Shown piece by piece: positions 60,126 to 64,000 of a stretch of DNA of 64,000 bases. Source of the DNA: Clostridia bacterium (GTDB lineage Bacteria > Bacillota > Clostridia > TANB77 > CAG-465); the NCBI GenBank assembly GCA_017549425.1, contig JAFYUV010000017.1, forward strand, positions 244,007-308,006, in the 5' to 3' direction. Each line of letters opens with the position of its first letter. The first letter of the stretch is position 1. Below the pieces are notes generated by a model, which did not search any database, was not told the DNA's origin, and saw nothing but the letters and a program-made list of their open reading frames with translations. A program made the position numbers and the translations under genes.

Positions 60126-61280
60126 ATGAAAGAAGAAAATCAAAATAATTATAATGTAAAATATGTAGTAGAAAAGAAGGATTCTAAAGGAATAAAAATA
60201 ATTGGTATTGCTTGTTTAATGATTTTATCTGGATTCGCTGGTGGTTTGTTTTCAAATTATTTGTCTAAAAAAGAGAATATTAGTTCAAAGGAGCCTACTC
60301 AAAATGTTGTGACAACATATAACATAGAAACAGTAGAAAACCCGGTAGTTGCAGTAGCAGAAAAGCTGTCAAGTTCTGTTGTTGGAATAAAAGTAACATA
60401 TATGAGTCAAAATTTTTGGGGATTATTATCTGAAGCAGAAGGAGAGGGGTCAGGAATAGTTTATTCTCAAGATGGATATATAGTTACTAATTACCATGTA
60501 ATTGAAAATGCCATAAAAAGTAGTAATGCTAAAATTTACGTATTACTTGCTAATGATGAAAAAGAATATGAAGCAACCATTGTTGGTCATGATAGCTTAA
60601 CAGATTTAGCTGTTATTAAAATAGAGGCTACTGGGCTTACAGCAGCAGAATTTGGAGACTCAGAAGCATTAAAAGTAGGACAATTAGCTGTAGCAATAGG
60701 TAATCCTTTAGGCCAAGAGTTTGCTGGAACTGTAACAGGAGGATATATTTCTGGATTAAATAGAAGCATTACAGTAGATAGTACAGTATATAATTTGATT
60801 CAAACAGATGCTGCTATTAATTCAGGAAATAGCGGAGGACCACTCGTAGACATATCTGGAAGAGTTATAGGAATAAATACAGCAAAAATTTCAGCAACTG
60901 GAGTAGAAGGAATTGGTTTTGCAATACCTATAAATGATGTGCTACCGATAGTAGAAGAATTAATAGAAAACAAAACAATAGTTAGACCATTTATAGGTAT
61001 AGGCGGTATAGCTTTAGATGAAGATTTAGCAAATAGGAATAACTTAGTTGAAGGAATATATATTCAAGAAATAACAAAAGATTCACCTGCACAAATAGCA
61101 GGCTTAAAACAAGGAGATATAATTGTTGAAGCAAATGGAACTAAAGTAGTAAGTGTTAACGAGCTTAATGTAATTAAAAATAAACTAAAAGTTGGAGATA
61201 AAATAGATTTAAAAGTGTATAGAAATAAAGAATATATCAATGTTAAAGTAACGCTTGCATCAACTAGCGATTTTGAATAG
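60126..61280 (+). CDS. htrA: HtrA-family serine protease with PDZ domain
   Basis: TNYHV, DLAVIK, QTDAAINSGNSGGPL, C-terminal PDZ. Confidence 0.93.
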   Translation: MKEENQNNYNVKYVVEKKDSKGIKIIGIACLMILSGFAGGLFSNYLSKKENISSKEPTQNVVTTYNIETVENPVVAVAEKLSSSVVGIKVTYMSQNFWGLLSEAEGEGSGIVYSQDGYIVTNYHVIENAIKSSNAKIYVLLANDEKEYEATIVGHDSLTDLAVIKIEATGLTAAEFGDSEALKVGQLAVAIGNPLGQEFAGTVTGGYISGLNRSITVDSTVYNLIQTDAAINSGNSGGPLVDISGRVIGINTAKISATGVEGIGFAIPINDVLPIVEELIENKTIVRPFIGIGGIALDEDLANRNNLVEGIYIQEITKDSPAQIAGLKQGDIIVEANGTKVVSVNELNVIKNKLKVGDKIDLKVYRNKEYINVKVTLASTSDFE

Positions 61281-61298
61281 AAGAAAAGAGGCGAGGTA

Positions 61299-61952
61299 AT
61301 GTATACGGTATGTGTGGTTGAAGACGAAAGAAATCTTAATAATTTATTAAAGACTTATCTAGAAAAAGAGGGATATAACGTTATTCAATGCTTTAATGGT
61401 AAGTCTGCGATGAATATTAATGAAAAGATACATATATGGATATTAGATATAATGTTAAACGATGAAATTAGTGGTTATGACATTATAAAAAAAATAAGAG
61501 AGAAAGACAGTGTTGTGCCTGTTATATTTACTTCTGCAAGAGATCAAGAGATAGATAAAATATTAGGGTTGGAAATGGGGAGTGACGATTATGTCACAAA
61601 ACCATATTCTCCTAAGGAATTAATGCTAAGAATTTCGAATATGATAAAAAGAGTATATAGAGCGGATTTAAATAAAATCAAGTATGAGAAATATAACATA
61701 GACAAAGAGAAAAGAAGTGTATTTTGTGAGGAAGAAGAGATTCGTCTTACGGCTCTTGAATTTGATTTGCTAATATTATTTATAGATAATATCGGAAAGT
61801 CTTTTACAAGAGATGAAATTTTAAATTCAGTATGGGGTACGGACTATTTTGGCAGTGATAGGGTAGTTGATGATTTAGTAAGGCGCCTAAGAGCTAAAAT
61901 GCCAGATTTAAATATTAATACTATATACGGATTGGGTTATAGATTATCATGA
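61299..61952 (+). CDS. OmpR-family response regulator (CssR-like)
   Basis: VEDE, WILDIML, KPYSP, DRVVDDLVRRLR. Confidence 0.9.
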   Translation: MYTVCVVEDERNLNNLLKTYLEKEGYNVIQCFNGKSAMNINEKIHIWILDIMLNDEISGYDIIKKIREKDSVVPVIFTSARDQEIDKILGLEMGSDDYVTKPYSPKELMLRISNMIKRVYRADLNKIKYEKYNIDKEKRSVFCEEEEIRLTALEFDLLILFIDNIGKSFTRDEILNSVWGTDYFGSDRVVDDLVRRLRAKMPDLNINTIYGLGYRLS

Positions 61953-63271
61953 AAAAAGAATATAAAAATGGTTTAAAGGATAGAATTTTAGAAACTTTAA
62001 CATTGCAAAAACAAATAGTTTTAGTATTAATAATGGCCCTTTTGATAGCAGGTTTTTCTTTCCTTGTTTTATTACCTCAAATATTGAAGCCTTTTTATGA
62101 GAGTAACATTTATGATTATTTATATCAACCTGCTAATAATATACAAATAGATAGAGATAATTTTGGAAAAGATATTTCGTATATAATAAAAACTAAAAAT
62201 GGAGCAACTTATGTAAGTAATTCTGTAAATGATATGTTTGGACAAGATGTAAAAATAGCAGATATATTAAATAATATTACTTCGCAGCTTGGGAAATTTC
62301 AGTATAAAGGGAAATTTTATTACTACGTTGTAGCGGTAAGAGAACAAACAACAAATATTGTATTTACAAATGACAAATTATTAAAGAGCCAAGAGAGATC
62401 GTTAATAGGAATTATTTTACCTGTAATGGTTACGACAACTCTAATCATAATGCTTTTAATATTTGCTTGGTCTAATAGACTAGTGTATAAAATTAAAAGG
62501 TTAAAGAGGAAAACAGAAAGTATTGCAAAGGGAAAACTAGTAGAAGGCGAACATTTCTTAATTAATGATGAGTTTAATATTTTAAGTAAAGCTATAGATG
62601 AAACAGCTAAAAGCCTAAAGGAAAAAGAAGAATATAAAAATTATATGTTCCAAAATTTATCACATGAATTAAAAACGCCGATAGCTGTAATAGATAGTTA
62701 TATAGAAGGAATATCTGATGGAGTTATAGATAAAGAGGAAGGCTTAAAAGTTATAGAAGAACAGACAGGTAAATTAAAGAATCAAGTTAAAACTTTGTTA
62801 TACTTTAATAAGATAGATTATATGAAAGAACAAACAGAATATACCAAACAAAAAATAGATATTCTTGATGTTATAAAACAAAGCGTTGAAAGCCATAAAC
62901 TTCAAAGGACAGATATAGAATGGGTTGTTATAACGAAGCATAAGAATACCAGTGCTTTAGGAAACGAGGAAATGTGGCAAACAATAGTAGATAACATATT
63001 AAATAATTTTGTTAGATATTCAAAAACAAAAATAGTTATAACAATTTGTCAAAATAGAATAGAATTCTTTAATGATGGAGAACATATAGATGAAGATGTA
63101 ATCAAAAATATCTTTTCACCATATATAAAAGGAAATAAAGGGCAAACAGGCCTCGGCCTTGCTATTGTAAAGAGAACTTTAGATATATTTGGTTATAATA
63201 TAGAAGCTAAAAATATTGAACAAGGAGTAATTTTTAATATAGAAAAAATGCAAATAGGAAAAAGAACGTAG
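61949..63271 (+). CDS. Sensor histidine kinase (CssS-like)
   Basis: Two TMs, HAMP, SHELKTP, GQTGLGLAIV. Confidence 0.9.
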   Translation: MKKEYKNGLKDRILETLTLQKQIVLVLIMALLIAGFSFLVLLPQILKPFYESNIYDYLYQPANNIQIDRDNFGKDISYIIKTKNGATYVSNSVNDMFGQDVKIADILNNITSQLGKFQYKGKFYYYVVAVREQTTNIVFTNDKLLKSQERSLIGIILPVMVTTTLIIMLLIFAWSNRLVYKIKRLKRKTESIAKGKLVEGEHFLINDEFNILSKAIDETAKSLKEKEEYKNYMFQNLSHELKTPIAVIDSYIEGISDGVIDKEEGLKVIEEQTGKLKNQVKTLLYFNKIDYMKEQTEYTKQKIDILDVIKQSVESHKLQRTDIEWVVITKHKNTSALGNEEMWQTIVDNILNNFVRYSKTKIVITICQNRIEFFNDGEHIDEDVIKNIFSPYIKGNKGQTGLGLAIVKRTLDIFGYNIEAKNIEQGVIFNIEKMQIGKRT

Positions 63272-63292
63272 ATTTCTACGTTCTTTATAATA

Positions 63293-63826
63293 TTAATTTT
63301 GTGTATAACTATCCATAATTTCTTTGATAAAATTAAATGGTACATTTAGAGTTTTCATGTCTGTCATTAAAGCTTTTAGTGTATTTAACTTTTCGAGCTT
63401 TAATTTATAGTCTTTAGCTTCAACTTTATTTACAATGTCTTCAAAGTCAACAAAAATAGGCAGACTACAATATTTTTCTCTTTTAATAAAAGTACGAGTC
63501 TCTTGACCAACCAAAATCCATATTTCAAAGAAAACTTCTTTGTATTTTATGGAGATGGCAGAAGTGAAACCGTTTGAATATAACGGAAATAAATTGTTGT
63601 TGTAATATTCGCAAACGGCTGAAAAGAAAAGGGGAAGTAATTTTACGTTTTCTAAGTCAGTTTGGTTTAATGCGTTTTTTTGGTATAACCAACTATTAGT
63701 TGAAAAGGAACGATAAACTTCTGTAAATCTATATAGCCATTCAATATAATCATAGTTATTAATAAGATCCTTTTTAATTTTTTCTGAAAGAATGATATAG
63801 TCTATAAAAGAATTTTTTCCGTTCAT
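63293..63826 (-). CDS. Hypothetical protein
   Basis: 177 aa ORF with AGGAGG RBS. Confidence 0.65.
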   Translation of the reverse strand: MNGKNSFIDYIILSEKIKKDLINNYDYIEWLYRFTEVYRSFSTNSWLYQKNALNQTDLENVKLLPLFFSAVCEYYNNNLFPLYSNGFTSAISIKYKEVFFEIWILVGQETRTFIKREKYCSLPIFVDFEDIVNKVEAKDYKLKLEKLNTLKALMTDMKTLNVPFNFIKEIMDSYTQN

Positions 63827-63901
63827 AATATAATCCTCCTAAATATTAATTTATAGAATTAAAACAAATTTAAAAAAATATACCATAGAATTCACAGTTT
63901 T

Positions 63902-64000
63902 TCAACTTTTATAGGTTTCTGAGCCTTTGGATATAGTCTTTATAAAGTCTATATCTTTATATCTAATAAAAGGATAAGAGTTATACTTGAAAATTTCGTC
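63902..64000 (-). CDS. 3' end of a CDS entering from outside the window
   Basis: Open frame DEIFKYNSYPFIRYKDIDFIKTISKGSETYKS-stop. Confidence 0.4.
   Translation of the reverse strand, partial: DEIFKYNSYPFIRYKDIDFIKTISKGSETYKS

Overview
AT-rich chromosomal window from a sporulating Clostridia-class bacterium (inferred from spoIIE, dacF and CIRCE-controlled hrcA-grpE-dnaK-dnaJ). Core content: two tRNAs (Gly-TCC, Leu-CAA), dapA, murC, glmS with its ribozyme, pnp, the dnaK operon, rsmE, and htrA with a two-component system. Accessory content: a kinase/glycosyltransferase/Sel1 block after tRNA-Gly; a ~12.4 kb tyrosine-integrase element (~11345-23771) with tRNA-fMet-like att sequence, carrying a TIGR04255-type three-gene module, a BcgI-like R-M pair, an orphan PD-(D/E)xK nuclease and an AbiL-like ATPase/RloB pair; a Tad-like pilus locus ending in a dockerin-bearing pilin; and a broken type IV pilin fused to a phage-tail-like domain. 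The most striking signal: two unrelated, otherwise intact genes (integrase and dacF) each carry one extra C directly before a conserved Gly codon. This creates an in-frame CGG that must be bypassed by +1 (C-GGN read as Gly). By eye CGG is nearly absent as a sense codon elsewhere, suggesting possible CGG-linked +1 recoding, although one gene uses CGG in frame twice. All family calls come from motif recognition, not database searches.
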